DNA of 64,000 nt from a virus. The position numbers and the translations under genes are program-made. Positions within the stretch are counted from its first letter, which is position 1; each line of letters opens with the position of its first letter. Below the pieces are notes generated by a model. That model was not told where the DNA came from. It searched no databases and worked only from the letters and a program-made list of their open reading frames with translations. The stretch is taken from the IMG/VR virus record IMGVR_UViG_3300046314_000658. One strand, 5' to 3'. Below are positions 37,193 through 46,139 of the stretch, in pieces.

Positions 37193-37603
37193 TTAATTCT
37201 TGTACAAAATAGCTTGCTGAGGATACGTTTGACCGAGTTGAGTGGGAAGCAAAATTCGCTGACCGCTAACTTCATACTCAACGTACGTATTGTGGACGTC
37301 TACAACGGTTGTTGTTTTACCACTTGAACGCGACTCCCGATGACCTTCAGCAACAAACCCGGCAAGTGTACCAACTACCTGTGTATTCGAATATACCTTT
37401 GGTTCTTGATTCGTCCACACATACGAAACACAATAAACAAACCCAAGGATAGCTGCAAGGATCAGTGTAATTCCGAACACACTCAATTCTTCCTCTTTCG
37501 CACGATATAGTGCAGATAACCAAACTAACACAGCAGGAATCGCTATCAAAAAGAAACCGAGGTGGTTAATTTGTTCTGTAGGGATCGGTGCAAAAGTATA
37601 CAT
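37193..37603 (-). CDS. Membrane protein
   Basis: Two TM helices; promoter TTGACC-16-TATAAT at 37636-37663. Confidence 0.65.
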   Translation of the reverse strand: MYTFAPIPTEQINHLGFFLIAIPAVLVWLSALYRAKEEELSVFGITLILAAILGFVYCVSYVWTNQEPKVYSNTQVVGTLAGFVAEGHRESRSSGKTTTVVDVHNTYVEYEVSGQRILLPTQLGQTYPQQAILYKN

Positions 37604-37659
37604 TTCTCGTGTCCTATTTGTTTGTCAATAGGATTATTATACCCCACTAACTCAAAAGG

Positions 37660-37950
37660 TCAACGACGCATCTTTGCTGTATCAGTTGCTGCTTCTTTGC
37701 TAAAGACAGGCACAAGATTGCTTTTATGCATTGTTGCAATGCCTACGATAGCAGACCCGCTGTATTGTGGCGATGGTTTCAGTGCAGTCGAGCCACCTGG
37801 CGTGGATACACTCCGGTAAGTCTGCGTGACACGCACACCTGTACTGGTATCAACTGTTGTCCACGGCTTTATTCCAGACGGAACAGGCCCCTTTCCATAG
37901 CGCTGGACTTTTACTGGCTTGACTTTTGGTGTGTAGTCAATCTTTTTCAT
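37660..37950 (-). CDS. Conserved large-phage hypothetical protein
   Basis: YSG..IVGIATMHKSNLVPVFS...A...AKMRR motif. Confidence 0.7.
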   Translation of the reverse strand: MKKIDYTPKVKPVKVQRYGKGPVPSGIKPWTTVDTSTGVRVTQTYRSVSTPGGSTALKPSPQYSGSAIVGIATMHKSNLVPVFSKEAATDTAKMRR

Positions 37951-37971
37951 GTAAACAATTCTAATAGCAAA

Positions 37972-38601
37972 TTACAGTAAAATATTATCAGTGCGGCTGG
38001 GGAACGGATCTCTGGATGGAGGGCGATACACAGGATTAAAATTAGATTGCAATTGATATCCTTTACGCGTCCAATTAGACAAGTAGAAGGTGTTGGGCGT
38101 AGTAGTGGAAGCTATGTCACCTAACCAGATGTGTTGCTTACCCATACCTTCCCAAGGGTTGATGGTGAAGCTATTTGCATCACTGCCACCAGCATCTTTG
38201 TAATGTTGATACATTGTTAACAATACAGACCGTTTGAACGCTCGCACCTTACCAATGGCACCACCAGTTGCATTGGAGAATTCGTTACTAACAAATATCC
38301 AATAGTCTGCTGTTGATAGTTCGATGCCAGATGGACGATGTACGCCTGCACGATCCGCTTTGCTTTGGCGATACTCAACCTGTAGTAACTTACGGAACTG
38401 GCATTTAACTTCGAAAGTCAACCCAGCATCCAAGTCTTTGAAGTCATATTCTGGGTGGTACCCATTACGTCCAATAGGTTGATCAATATTTGTCATACCC
38501 AGCAGCCCAGCCAAGGCAGCCTCAACTTGATTACTATACCGATAGTGGGCAAGTGGATCTGCAGGATTTTCCGTATACAAGAGAGAGTGTTCGACAATCA
38601 T
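37972..38601 (-). CDS. PD-(D/E)xK nuclease-fold protein
   Basis: YDF..TFEVK, VEY, SGI..STADYW. Confidence 0.65.
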   Translation of the reverse strand: MIVEHSLLYTENPADPLAHYRYSNQVEAALAGLLGMTNIDQPIGRNGYHPEYDFKDLDAGLTFEVKCQFRKLLQVEYRQSKADRAGVHRPSGIELSTADYWIFVSNEFSNATGGAIGKVRAFKRSVLLTMYQHYKDAGGSDANSFTINPWEGMGKQHIWLGDIASTTTPNTFYLSNWTRKGYQLQSNFNPVYRPPSRDPFPSRTDNILL

Positions 38602-38619
38602 ATTATGACAATAAACAAA

Positions 38620-39150
38620 TTAAAAACGCTGTGATGGATGGTCAGGACCTTGATACTGCTGACGGCTTCCACTTTGTTGTTGAGTATCAGGAGATACGGA
38701 AATTACGACAGGAATTGTGGGACCAGGTTGGTAATTCAATACAGTCGAACTGGTGTAACCTTGAAATGTGTATGTAACCCGATATCCCCTAATCCGCTCG
38801 GCAACGCTATCTGGCTCGCACTGCTGTTGGTACTGGTTGCTGGTCGTTGGCTGACCCGAACCCCACACTGCTCCAATTCCTGCACCTAGAGCAGTTGCGG
38901 CAAGTTTACCATCACCTTGACCAACTTGACTCCCAACTGCACCACCTACGATACCACCAAGAATCGACATTCCGGTATTATTCTGCGGTTGCGGCTGACC
39001 AGGTACTTGATAGCAACGACCAGGCTGGCGAATTTGCTCCATCATTGGTTGAACATTCATAACCTGTGCAACATCGCGAGTGACGATCTGTTGAGCAAGT
39101 GCTGATGTAGCTAACACACTAACAACTAAGGCGGTGGCAATTCGTTTCAT
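38620..39150 (-). CDS. Glycine-zipper 2TM (YcfJ-like) envelope protein
   Basis: Signal peptide; ILGGIVGGAVGSQVGQGDGK.AAT..GA; GYRVTY...PG.TIPV. Confidence 0.85.
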   Translation of the reverse strand: MKRIATALVVSVLATSALAQQIVTRDVAQVMNVQPMMEQIRQPGRCYQVPGQPQPQNNTGMSILGGIVGGAVGSQVGQGDGKLAATALGAGIGAVWGSGQPTTSNQYQQQCEPDSVAERIRGYRVTYTFQGYTSSTVLNYQPGPTIPVVISVSPDTQQQSGSRQQYQGPDHPSQRF

Positions 39151-39221
39151 TCAAACTCCAGTTTGTAAAGTAATGTGGTAATTGTAACCCCATTTTAACA
39201 TAAAGACAACAGTAAGCATAC

Positions 39222-39246
39222 GAAAAAAGCCCACAAAGGGCTTTTT
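39222..39246. terminator. Rho-independent terminator
   Basis: aaaaaagccc-acaaa-gggcttttt. Confidence 0.7.
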
Positions 39247-39264
39247 CACGTCGCACAGATGTTG

Positions 39265-39573
39265 TTAGTTAGATCGAGTGGGAATGCCAAGTGCAGCCAT
39301 GCGACGAGCAACGGTAGAGGGGGATACTCCCACGCGTGCACTAATTTGTCGAAGAGATTCATTGCGTGCCCAATAGGCGGTTACCAATTTAGGTGCAGAT
39401 AACTGTTCACTCGGGCGACCCGGTGCTTGCACCGATTTACCAGCAGATTTTAGTACACGAATTACAGTAGATCCTGAAATTCCAAGCATTTTACCGGTGA
39501 TTTCACGAGAGCCAGTTACTCGATAAACAGCGTTGATTGCATTAATAGCAATAGATGATTTAGAAATAGACAT
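39265..39573 (-). CDS. Tandem HTH DNA-binding protein
   Basis: SREITGKMLGIS.STV.R.L and SLRQISARVGVSPSTVARR. Confidence 0.75.
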   Translation of the reverse strand: MSISKSSIAINAINAVYRVTGSREITGKMLGISGSTVIRVLKSAGKSVQAPGRPSEQLSAPKLVTAYWARNESLRQISARVGVSPSTVARRMAALGIPTRSN

Positions 39574-39667
39574 TGAGTTTCCTTTGAAGATAAATGTAGA
39601 AATGCAGATGCAAGTCATACTGCAAGGTTGACTATCACACATTCGATAAATGTGCTCAACCGCAGTT

Positions 39668-40174
39668 TTACGCAGTTAATGCGAATGCTGCAAACTGAGC
39701 AGGAGACAAAGCTGCTAGTTTATCGAGTACCAATGCTTTACCTAATTTCTTGACCAGAGCTGTAATTTCTTGATATGAAAACGCACCATTCTGATACGCT
39801 TCCAATGCGGTTTCGTATTGGCGCACACGTCCCCATTTTTCCACACGTTGCGGCGCTTCTCGTTTAGCGCGAGTGAATGCTGTTGTGGGAAACATAGTAG
39901 GACCGGTGATTGAGCGAAGGTCTGTTGCACGCAAATCATTGCGAGTACACCACGCATCAAACTCATCACCAAACTCGTCAACAATTTCACACACAATCGA
40001 ATCAATATCATGCTTGTTATCAACGAGCAACCTGTAGTCACCTCGATTGGTGTCTTCTGCATCTGTGCGCTGCGTACCTGCGAGGAAGCTGGATTTTACA
40101 TCAGTAGTAGCTGCATAACCGTAATACACTTGGACAGTGTGTGCACCAGAAACGCGATACAGGAATGTAGTCAT
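39668..40174 (-). CDS. Hypothetical protein
   Basis: Promoter TTGACT-17-TAAAAT at 40206-40234. Confidence 0.6.
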   Translation of the reverse strand: MTTFLYRVSGAHTVQVYYGYAATTDVKSSFLAGTQRTDAEDTNRGDYRLLVDNKHDIDSIVCEIVDEFGDEFDAWCTRNDLRATDLRSITGPTMFPTTAFTRAKREAPQRVEKWGRVRQYETALEAYQNGAFSYQEITALVKKLGKALVLDKLAALSPAQFAAFALTA

Positions 40175-40238
40175 AAAAAGGACCCTTCTCAATTAAGATA
40201 GGGTCATTTTATACAAACACGAAACAAAAGTCAACAGG

Positions 40239-41351
40239 TTAACTAGTTTGTTGAACAACAACTGTAATTTTGTAAGTAATTTTCCAAGAACGTGATGCAT
40301 CCTTTTGAAGTGGTGAGAATACTAAATGAGTAAGCATTCGTTCACGCTCGTTCTGTGGGTAGGTAGGATTATCTTCTTCACCCTGTGGTTGGCCAGTGAC
40401 CGAGGAACTAAGACCAAGGTATGCGGTAGCACCTGCTGGTACAGATGTAGATAGCCCAAGGTGGTTGAACAACCAGGGACGCCCATTAGTCAGTCCAGTT
40501 CCATTAGACATATCGCTAATTGCAACAGATGATCCAGTTCCAGCAATTATCGAACGCAATCTTAAATTACCAAGCGTGTTCACACCAGGTTGAGTGACTT
40601 GAGCAACAACACCAAGTTGCAATGCATCTATTGCTTGTTTTAAATCTGTATATGTTACCACCCCACCTGTGCCTGTACCAATTGGAGTGACGCTAGCACT
40701 CTTGAATGTTCCATCAACTGTCAAGTCAAATTGATACGTCAGCCCAGATACCAAAAACGTATTATCAAGATATGTTTTACCAGCAACTAATACAACATCT
40801 TGGTATCCTTGTGTTGCAACAGGTGGAAGACCTGCAGTGAATAATCCCAATTCATCAAACGTATATACCCCATTCGTCGAGCTAATCAAACTATTCGACA
40901 ACTGGGCAGTGGGTTCCTGACTGTTGATAACACAAGTAACAATAACCTGACTCTCACCTGTTGGTAGTTTGACACTGCGTACGCCCGCAATGCCCAATCC
41001 ATCACCGCCTGGGAATGCGCCAACACCTTGACCAAGCTGAGATGAACCCTCATCAACAACCTCATTATAAGTCTCGTTGTATAGCCGACTCTGCCAGCCT
41101 GCTAGATCTGGTGATACCCCATCATTTGGGCGGCGGAATGATGTAGCACCTGTTGCATCAATATACGTTCCACCGTTACCCAATGCAAGTTTAAATATGG
41201 TACTATTGAGCTCACCAGCAAGAGCACGGGCGATAATACGAGAGAGATTTTGTGGATGAACGCTGTTTTGCTTTGATAGAATAACTTGTCCCAAATCATC
41301 CTCAATCATCACATCACCTCGGACGCCAATATTAAATAACTCATTGCTCAT
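40239..41351 (-). CDS. Putative virion structural (baseplate/tail) protein
   Basis: LALGNGGT, FDELGLF, THLVFSP.QK...ITYKITV motifs typical of jumbo-phage baseplate-region proteins. Confidence 0.6.
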   Translation of the reverse strand: MSNELFNIGVRGDVMIEDDLGQVILSKQNSVHPQNLSRIIARALAGELNSTIFKLALGNGGTYIDATGATSFRRPNDGVSPDLAGWQSRLYNETYNEVVDEGSSQLGQGVGAFPGGDGLGIAGVRSVKLPTGESQVIVTCVINSQEPTAQLSNSLISSTNGVYTFDELGLFTAGLPPVATQGYQDVVLVAGKTYLDNTFLVSGLTYQFDLTVDGTFKSASVTPIGTGTGGVVTYTDLKQAIDALQLGVVAQVTQPGVNTLGNLRLRSIIAGTGSSVAISDMSNGTGLTNGRPWLFNHLGLSTSVPAGATAYLGLSSSVTGQPQGEEDNPTYPQNERERMLTHLVFSPLQKDASRSWKITYKITVVVQQTS

Positions 41352-41447
41352 ATTTTTCCTTGTCTAGTAGAGTTTATTTATGCGATATTTTACGGACCAA
41401 CAAAAAAGCCACCGCAACGGGTGGCTTATACTCACAGCAGATTAGGA

Positions 41448-41837
41448 TTAACCAGCTTGTTGAGCCATCGGAGCAGGAGCAGCAGCAGAGCCGCCAATTT
41501 GACCTGTGCGCGGTGTCAAGATTTGGAATGTTGGAGTCAACACTTTCACGAGTTGTTGGAAGTATGTAAGAGCATTGACGCCATTACCAAGTGTAGTCTG
41601 CGAGCACAGCTCAAACAATGGGAACTGGCCTGCATTGCGGTTGCTAATAATGTTAAAGAAACGCTGGCGATCAATGCGATCGAGGGCGGTTAGTGGAAAG
41701 AAGTGGACGTTGCCGTTATTATCAACGGTCATAATAGCAACTTCAGTCCAGACGCCTTTACCAGAAAGGTCGATCCAACCAGTGTGTGGAAACTTACCAG
41801 GACGGATTTCGATAGGGGTTGCGTTATACTTAATCAT
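41448..41837 (-). CDS. Conserved jumbo-phage hypothetical protein
   Basis: TAAATA at 41877-41882 (-); downstream terminator at 41402-41428. Confidence 0.7.
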   Translation of the reverse strand: MIKYNATPIEIRPGKFPHTGWIDLSGKGVWTEVAIMTVDNNGNVHFFPLTALDRIDRQRFFNIISNRNAGQFPLFELCSQTTLGNGVNALTYFQQLVKVLTPTFQILTPRTGQIGGSAAAPAPMAQQAG

Positions 41838-41913
41838 GTGAAAAACCTTTGTGCAGCAGTCTGCAGTGTTCGGTGTTATTTAGACTGCAAAAAATGCGGG
41901 TATTTTAGGGAAC

Positions 41914-41937
41914 AAAAAAGGGCCCTTGCGGGCCCTA
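41914..41937 (-). terminator. Terminator after the tmRNA coding piece
   Basis: agggccc-gcaa-gggccctttttt on the - strand. Confidence 0.8.
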
Positions 41938-41939
41938 AT

Positions 41940-42225
41940 TTAGCGGTTATTGGGAGATAAGGTCACCGTGACCTCATCATCACGCTACCAAAAGGAAGCG
42001 ATCAGAGTTCGAAGCGTTAGCTGCGTTTAGTTTTTCGCTGGTTTTACGAGGACTGCATCTCGATTCCTAATCGTATCTACTCATTGCGCAGGCAATCTCC
42101 ACGTCGGGCCCATCAAAAACAGTCTTGTATACGAATGCACTATGGACTTACAACATATGACCCAAACTGTTTATGGTGGACCCGGGGGTTTCGAAACCCC
42201 TTCTTGCACACCTTTTGATACAACT
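41940..42225 (-). ncRNA. ssrA: Circularly permuted (two-piece) tmRNA: acceptor piece 42225-42174, intervening segment 42173-42112, coding piece from 42111
   Basis: T-arm + CGGGUCC-A-CCA pairs with the downstream GGGCCCG, giving G3.U70. P2 pairing GAUACGAUU/AGUUGUAUC. Tag frame after UAAAC reads AANASNSDRFLLVA-stop (42024-41980). Confidence 0.88.
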
Positions 42226-42846
42226 TCAAACAGAATTTTTTACGACCCGTCCTTTGCGCCAACCTTCTGGCACAGTCGAGTCTTTACTAATCTTTATATT
42301 ATTTATACCATTTGTTATCCACATCGTTCCATATTGAGAATTTTTAGATCCTTGAGCGTGAGCTGATGCTTGAAAACTGGCAATTCTATTAGCTCTAGCT
42401 TCTGTTGTCAATGCGGCCACTCGACCCAATGCTTGTATTTCAGGGTTGGTAAATAATGATACATAACTAGCACTATAAATCCACATACTTCGCTGTTTTT
42501 GAGCAGCAATTGCCGCTTTACCGCCTCGTACACGCGATTCCACTGTGGTTGGCATGCTGTTAATATAATCAAAACCACCTGTACCACCGCGGCGCAAGTT
42601 ATACACATCATCGCGGGCCAAAAACTGCTCATTTACAACTTCTGCTTCTCGAGCAAACATCTGCTCTGCATCTTCAAATTTTTCTAATATAGTTTTGGTA
42701 AAATTTTCAAGACTATATTTTGCAATGGCTGCCTTGATAACCTTTCCGCTTCCCATGTAACCATCATCAATATCAGCGGTTTTGTGGACACCCACATATA
42801 TTTTACCATTGACTAGGTTCTTAATCTCATACAAGTAATAGTGCAT
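42226..42846 (-). CDS. GIY-YIG (Seg-like) homing endonuclease
   Basis: YLYEI.N..NGKIYVGVH..DDGYMGSG..E..YNL..GG.GG; C-terminal MWITNG...GWRKGR; TATAAATA at 42863-42870. Confidence 0.9.
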   Translation of the reverse strand: MHYYLYEIKNLVNGKIYVGVHKTADIDDGYMGSGKVIKAAIAKYSLENFTKTILEKFEDAEQMFAREAEVVNEQFLARDDVYNLRRGGTGGFDYINSMPTTVESRVRGGKAAIAAQKQRSMWIYSASYVSLFTNPEIQALGRVAALTTEARANRIASFQASAHAQGSKNSQYGTMWITNGINNIKISKDSTVPEGWRKGRVVKNSV

Positions 42847-42876
42847 ATCTGCCTCCTACTTGTATTTATAAGAAAA

Positions 42877-42910
42877 TGTGAGGCGGGCGGATTTGAACCC
42901 CCTTGTTGCC
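42877..42910 (-). pseudogene. Degenerate tmRNA/tRNA 3'-end relic
   Basis: gcaacaagggggTTCAAATccgcccgcctcaca resembles the acceptor piece at 42174-42208 but has a broken T stem and no CCA. Confidence 0.5.
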
Positions 42911-43108
42911 AGCTTTACTGAAATGAAACGTGCAAGATAACTCTTGCTACAACCATTCTTTAATTATTTATGCTTTCGTCTTTGTTCTCAACATCAACTA
43001 ACCATTTGGGAATGTATGGGCAGTAAAACATACCAGTTACATTCCCATCTACATCGAGCGTGGCGATTGGTTTACAATCCTCAATCTCGTAGTACGTACC
43101 TCTATCAA

Positions 43109-43699
43109 TCAATCCGGTAGCCATAATGGATTGTGTGAAGTTAAGATTGCCATACGATCGTCAAAATTTGGTGTATCGATTACACACTGCTTTGTGGGTT
43201 GCGTCATTTGGCTAAAATAATCAATCATCGTCAAATCAACCATTCGACTATAATGACGATTGCTACCACGCGTGCCGTCGTGTTCAGGTTTGAAGTGTCC
43301 GGCACGGAGGTAATATACCTTGTCGTAAATCTGTTGCGCAGCCATACACTTGCGGTAATACTCATCCAACCAGTCACTGTATGAATTGTTATGCCCCATT
43401 GCTACTAAAGCATAGGTCCACAAATCAGAAAAGCTTCTTTCTGTAAAGATAACTTGCTTAGCGCCACTAGGAGTAGTCGCAAGGATAAATTGATCATCTG
43501 CCAACTTTCGCTTCAAAATTTCATCTTGGAACTTGCAAGTGAGTGCGTTATTCTCATTCACTTCATCAAGAGTATACCCCCAGTCAGCCAAAATGGATCG
43601 CGACGTCTTGCGGGCGATGACTTGATATCCTATTTTGGAAAGTTCCGCAAGAATGCTCGACTTGCCAGCACCTTGCGATCCTGAGACTGATATTAGCAT
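43109..43699 (-). CDS. P-loop nucleotide kinase (AAA_28/NadR- or dNMP-kinase-like)
   Basis: ISVSGSQGAGKS, FTERSF.D. Confidence 0.8.
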   Translation of the reverse strand: MLISVSGSQGAGKSSILAELSKIGYQVIARKTSRSILADWGYTLDEVNENNALTCKFQDEILKRKLADDQFILATTPSGAKQVIFTERSFSDLWTYALVAMGHNNSYSDWLDEYYRKCMAAQQIYDKVYYLRAGHFKPEHDGTRGSNRHYSRMVDLTMIDYFSQMTQPTKQCVIDTPNFDDRMAILTSHNPLWLPD

Positions 43700-43711
43700 A
43701 GGTTGGTTTCC

Positions 43712-43924
43712 TTATTTAACGGAAGTATCAGTTGCCGCTGCTTTTGCTGTTGCAGTATCCATCGAAGTGCGATTCAATGTCATAATTTGCTCATTGTGTG
43801 CACTCAACTTCGATGCCATCTTTGCGGCAAGAATGCTCGATAGAACAGCTTTTGCTTGCTCCGTGCTGTCTGTGACAACATTATTAATCATAGCACTATA
43901 TTGTTGACGTAGTTCTGGTTCCAT
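43712..43924 (-). CDS. Small helical protein
   Basis: Operon packing. Confidence 0.55.
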   Translation of the reverse strand: MEPELRQQYSAMINNVVTDSTEQAKAVLSSILAAKMASKLSAHNEQIMTLNRTSMDTATAKAAATDTSVK

Positions 43925-43928
43925 TTGG

Positions 43929-44189
43929 TTACCCTATAAAGTAAAGTTTGTACGGCTTATTACGAAAGTCTGGTAGGGTGCCGATTTGATAACCCATTAC
44001 CTTCTGCTCAACTATTATTGATGATCTGCTAGTTGCAAGTAAGTTGGCAACTTCAATCGCCAACTGCTCATCAATTGGATCACCAACAGCTTCCACGATG
44101 CAGATGTTTGACCCAACCGGTGCAAGTCGGATCAACTGCGAGTTTACATTTTGCAGAGTCGCGCCTTGACGGAGGTGAAATACGTTCAC
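43929..44189 (-). CDS. Hypothetical protein
   Basis: GTGA overlap with dsbA. Confidence 0.55.
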   Translation of the reverse strand: MNVFHLRQGATLQNVNSQLIRLAPVGSNICIVEAVGDPIDEQLAIEVANLLATSRSSIIVEQKVMGYQIGTLPDFRNKPYKLYFIG

Positions 44190-44488
44190 GACTTATCCTC
44201 TGCATCACCAGATTGATCACCGTATAACGTCGTATACAACTCATTCGTAGCTTCTAGCTTTGCATTAGCAGTACCGAATGATTGCTTGTGACGCATTGCA
44301 ATTACCTTATTCAAAATAGATGCGTCAATCTTGAATTGTTCACGAATTGCTGCAATGATCTCTTTCTTGTGGTCCTTTTCACCATCTGCTCGTATTAAGC
44401 AACCGCAAGCTTCCTCTATCATAATTTTCAACTGTTTTCGCTCGACATCACTAGATGGAGGGACGAAATCAAATCCTTCTACTGCCAT
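44186..44488 (-). CDS. dsbA: T4 DsbA-like double-stranded DNA-binding protein
   Basis: L...IEEA...KEI...EQF.ID..ILNK....HKQ.F...E..ELY.TL pattern matches T4 DsbA. Confidence 0.75.
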   Translation of the reverse strand: MAVEGFDFVPPSSDVERKQLKIMIEEACGCLIRADGEKDHKKEIIAAIREQFKIDASILNKVIAMRHKQSFGTANAKLEATNELYTTLYGDQSGDAEDKS

Positions 44489-44500
44489 AATAATTCCTTT

Positions 44501-45124
44501 TTATATAACTTGCTCTAACCATTGTGTCCATGTACCCGGAAAGTTCTTCGGTGAATATATCAACGGAGATTCGAGTTGAATAAATGTCTTTGATATGAAC
44601 AACTCACCCATTCCAATTTTCGAAAATACGTGCGTAAAATGTGGATCGCTCGGATAGATGATCATCGTTCCGCGCACTGGATTGAATCCAAATCCGTGGG
44701 ATGGTAACTCAAACTTGCCACCGTACACTTCAAACTCAGTATCAAACGGTGGCTTATCATTATAATCACTCAAAAACACAAGTGCTGTCAAGTCTCTATT
44801 ATGTACCCGCAACCACTTGTCTTTAATTCGAGTCGAATTGTCGCAAGTTGCAACAGGGTTGACAGTACTATCCGCCCATTGGACACGAGTTGGCTCCAGA
44901 TTGGTGATTTTTCCTTGGTAGTGCTCTTCTATCGATTCTCTATTTGCAGCAATTGCACCAGCAACCATCTCATGAGCCAACTCAGTGTGCTTGATTGTCA
45001 TTACTGGCTGACCAGATTTGTTTACATCAAGTGATATGAACTCAGCACTGTCGGCGATTTGCTCACACTGCATTGGTGATACAGCTTCGTGGATAATGAA
45101 AAATGGGGAGTGAACTTGGGTCAT
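44501..45124 (-). CDS. 2OG-Fe(II) oxygenase-fold protein
   Basis: RDLTALVFL.D..YGGKF.L...P.RGTMII.PS...H. The first His of HxD is replaced (CD). Confidence 0.7.
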   Translation of the reverse strand: MTQVHSPFFIIHEAVSPMQCEQIADSAEFISLDVNKSGQPVMTIKHTELAHEMVAGAIAANRESIEEHYQGKITNLEPTRVQWADSTVNPVATCDNSTRIKDKWLRVHNRDLTALVFLSDYNDKPPFDTEFEVYGGKFELPSHGFGFNPVRGTMIIYPSDPHFTHVFSKIGMGELFISKTFIQLESPLIYSPKNFPGTWTQWLEQVI

Positions 45125-45810
45125 TTTTTTAATTTTGATGTGTGATAATCTGTGAAGACTTTATTTACTTGTCCAACATACGGATAAATCGACTTTTCAA
45201 ATACTTGAGGTTTAAAAAGCGTCTCGTTCCCGATGATTGTTACAATGTTCTCAATAAGGATGCCGGTCATTTCATAAAACATCAGGGCGTACGTCGTTTC
45301 TTGTAGAAAATAGTCCTTGATGTAGTCTTCTGTTTTCTTCTTGCTTGCAGTCTTGAAATCGATGATAGCAGGTTTACCCTTCCACACACCAATCAAGTCT
45401 ACACGACCAGCTGTTTTAAGTTCGTGGGATACCAAGCACTGCTCATTGACCCATATTTCCGTTAGGTTGGTGACCAATTGTTTTTTAATCTGTCTGTACG
45501 GAACTGCAATCTCTTTAGGGGAATCTTCTGCCAATGTTTTAGTTTGATCATTGAGCCAATCGTCAAGTGGATTGTGTACACCCGTACCACGATCGGTTGC
45601 AGCTTTTGTTTTAGCTGCTGCTTTATCGAAGCCAATGTTCTTGCGCCAAGCGTTTAGTGCTTCTTGTTTTTCTGGATCGGCTTGTCCGATAACAGTCGTT
45701 ACACTTGGGTACCACAAGTCGTCTGCAACTTTGTACATTCGCTTGCCATAGACGTTAGTTTTCGATTCGAGCTCGATGGCCCATTCAGGATGAGAGTTGC
45801 GTGGTATCAA
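45121..45810 (-). CDS. PD-(D/E)xK (RecB/Cas4-like) exonuclease
   Basis: YPSVTT, RGT.VH, AGRVDLI, IIDFKT, YFLQ...YA. Confidence 0.88.
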   Translation of the reverse strand: MIPRNSHPEWAIELESKTNVYGKRMYKVADDLWYPSVTTVIGQADPEKQEALNAWRKNIGFDKAAAKTKAATDRGTGVHNPLDDWLNDQTKTLAEDSPKEIAVPYRQIKKQLVTNLTEIWVNEQCLVSHELKTAGRVDLIGVWKGKPAIIDFKTASKKKTEDYIKDYFLQETTYALMFYEMTGILIENIVTIIGNETLFKPQVFEKSIYPYVGQVNKVFTDYHTSKLKK

Positions 45811-45868
45811 AATAGGTAAAGGGAACTAATGCTCCCTTATCTATGTTTGGTAAAAAGGGGGCAACTAC

Positions 45869-46138
45869 TCACCACCCCTTGTCTATGATTACCCTAGGCA
45901 TTGCATCCTCTTCGACACCATCTTTCATTAGTTTAGCAAGACGAGGTTTAAATAGAGATTGATTTCCTTTTGTGGTATACAGGATTGGCTGGCCGTGTGT
46001 GTCTTTACCAAATCCTGTCACAGTTGCTTTACGATTCTTGAATTTTCCAATTCGGATTTCGTCTCCTACTTCAATAGCAGGTAGTTCTAGCCGTGGTTGT
46101 TCAGCAGCTTCACATAGATAATCCAAGAATTTGCCCAC
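45869..46138 (-). CDS. Small SH3/KOW-like late protein
   Basis: IEVGDEI.IGKFKNRKA.V; GTG start, KFLDYLCE N-terminus. Confidence 0.6.
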   Translation of the reverse strand: MGKFLDYLCEAAEQPRLELPAIEVGDEIRIGKFKNRKATVTGFGKDTHGQPILYTTKGNQSLFKPRLAKLMKDGVEEDAMPRVIIDKGW

Positions 46139-46139
46139 T

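Noticed and set aside
42877-42950. Functional tRNA gene
   Set aside because: Only a mismatched T-arm is present, with no D or anticodon arm and no CCA.
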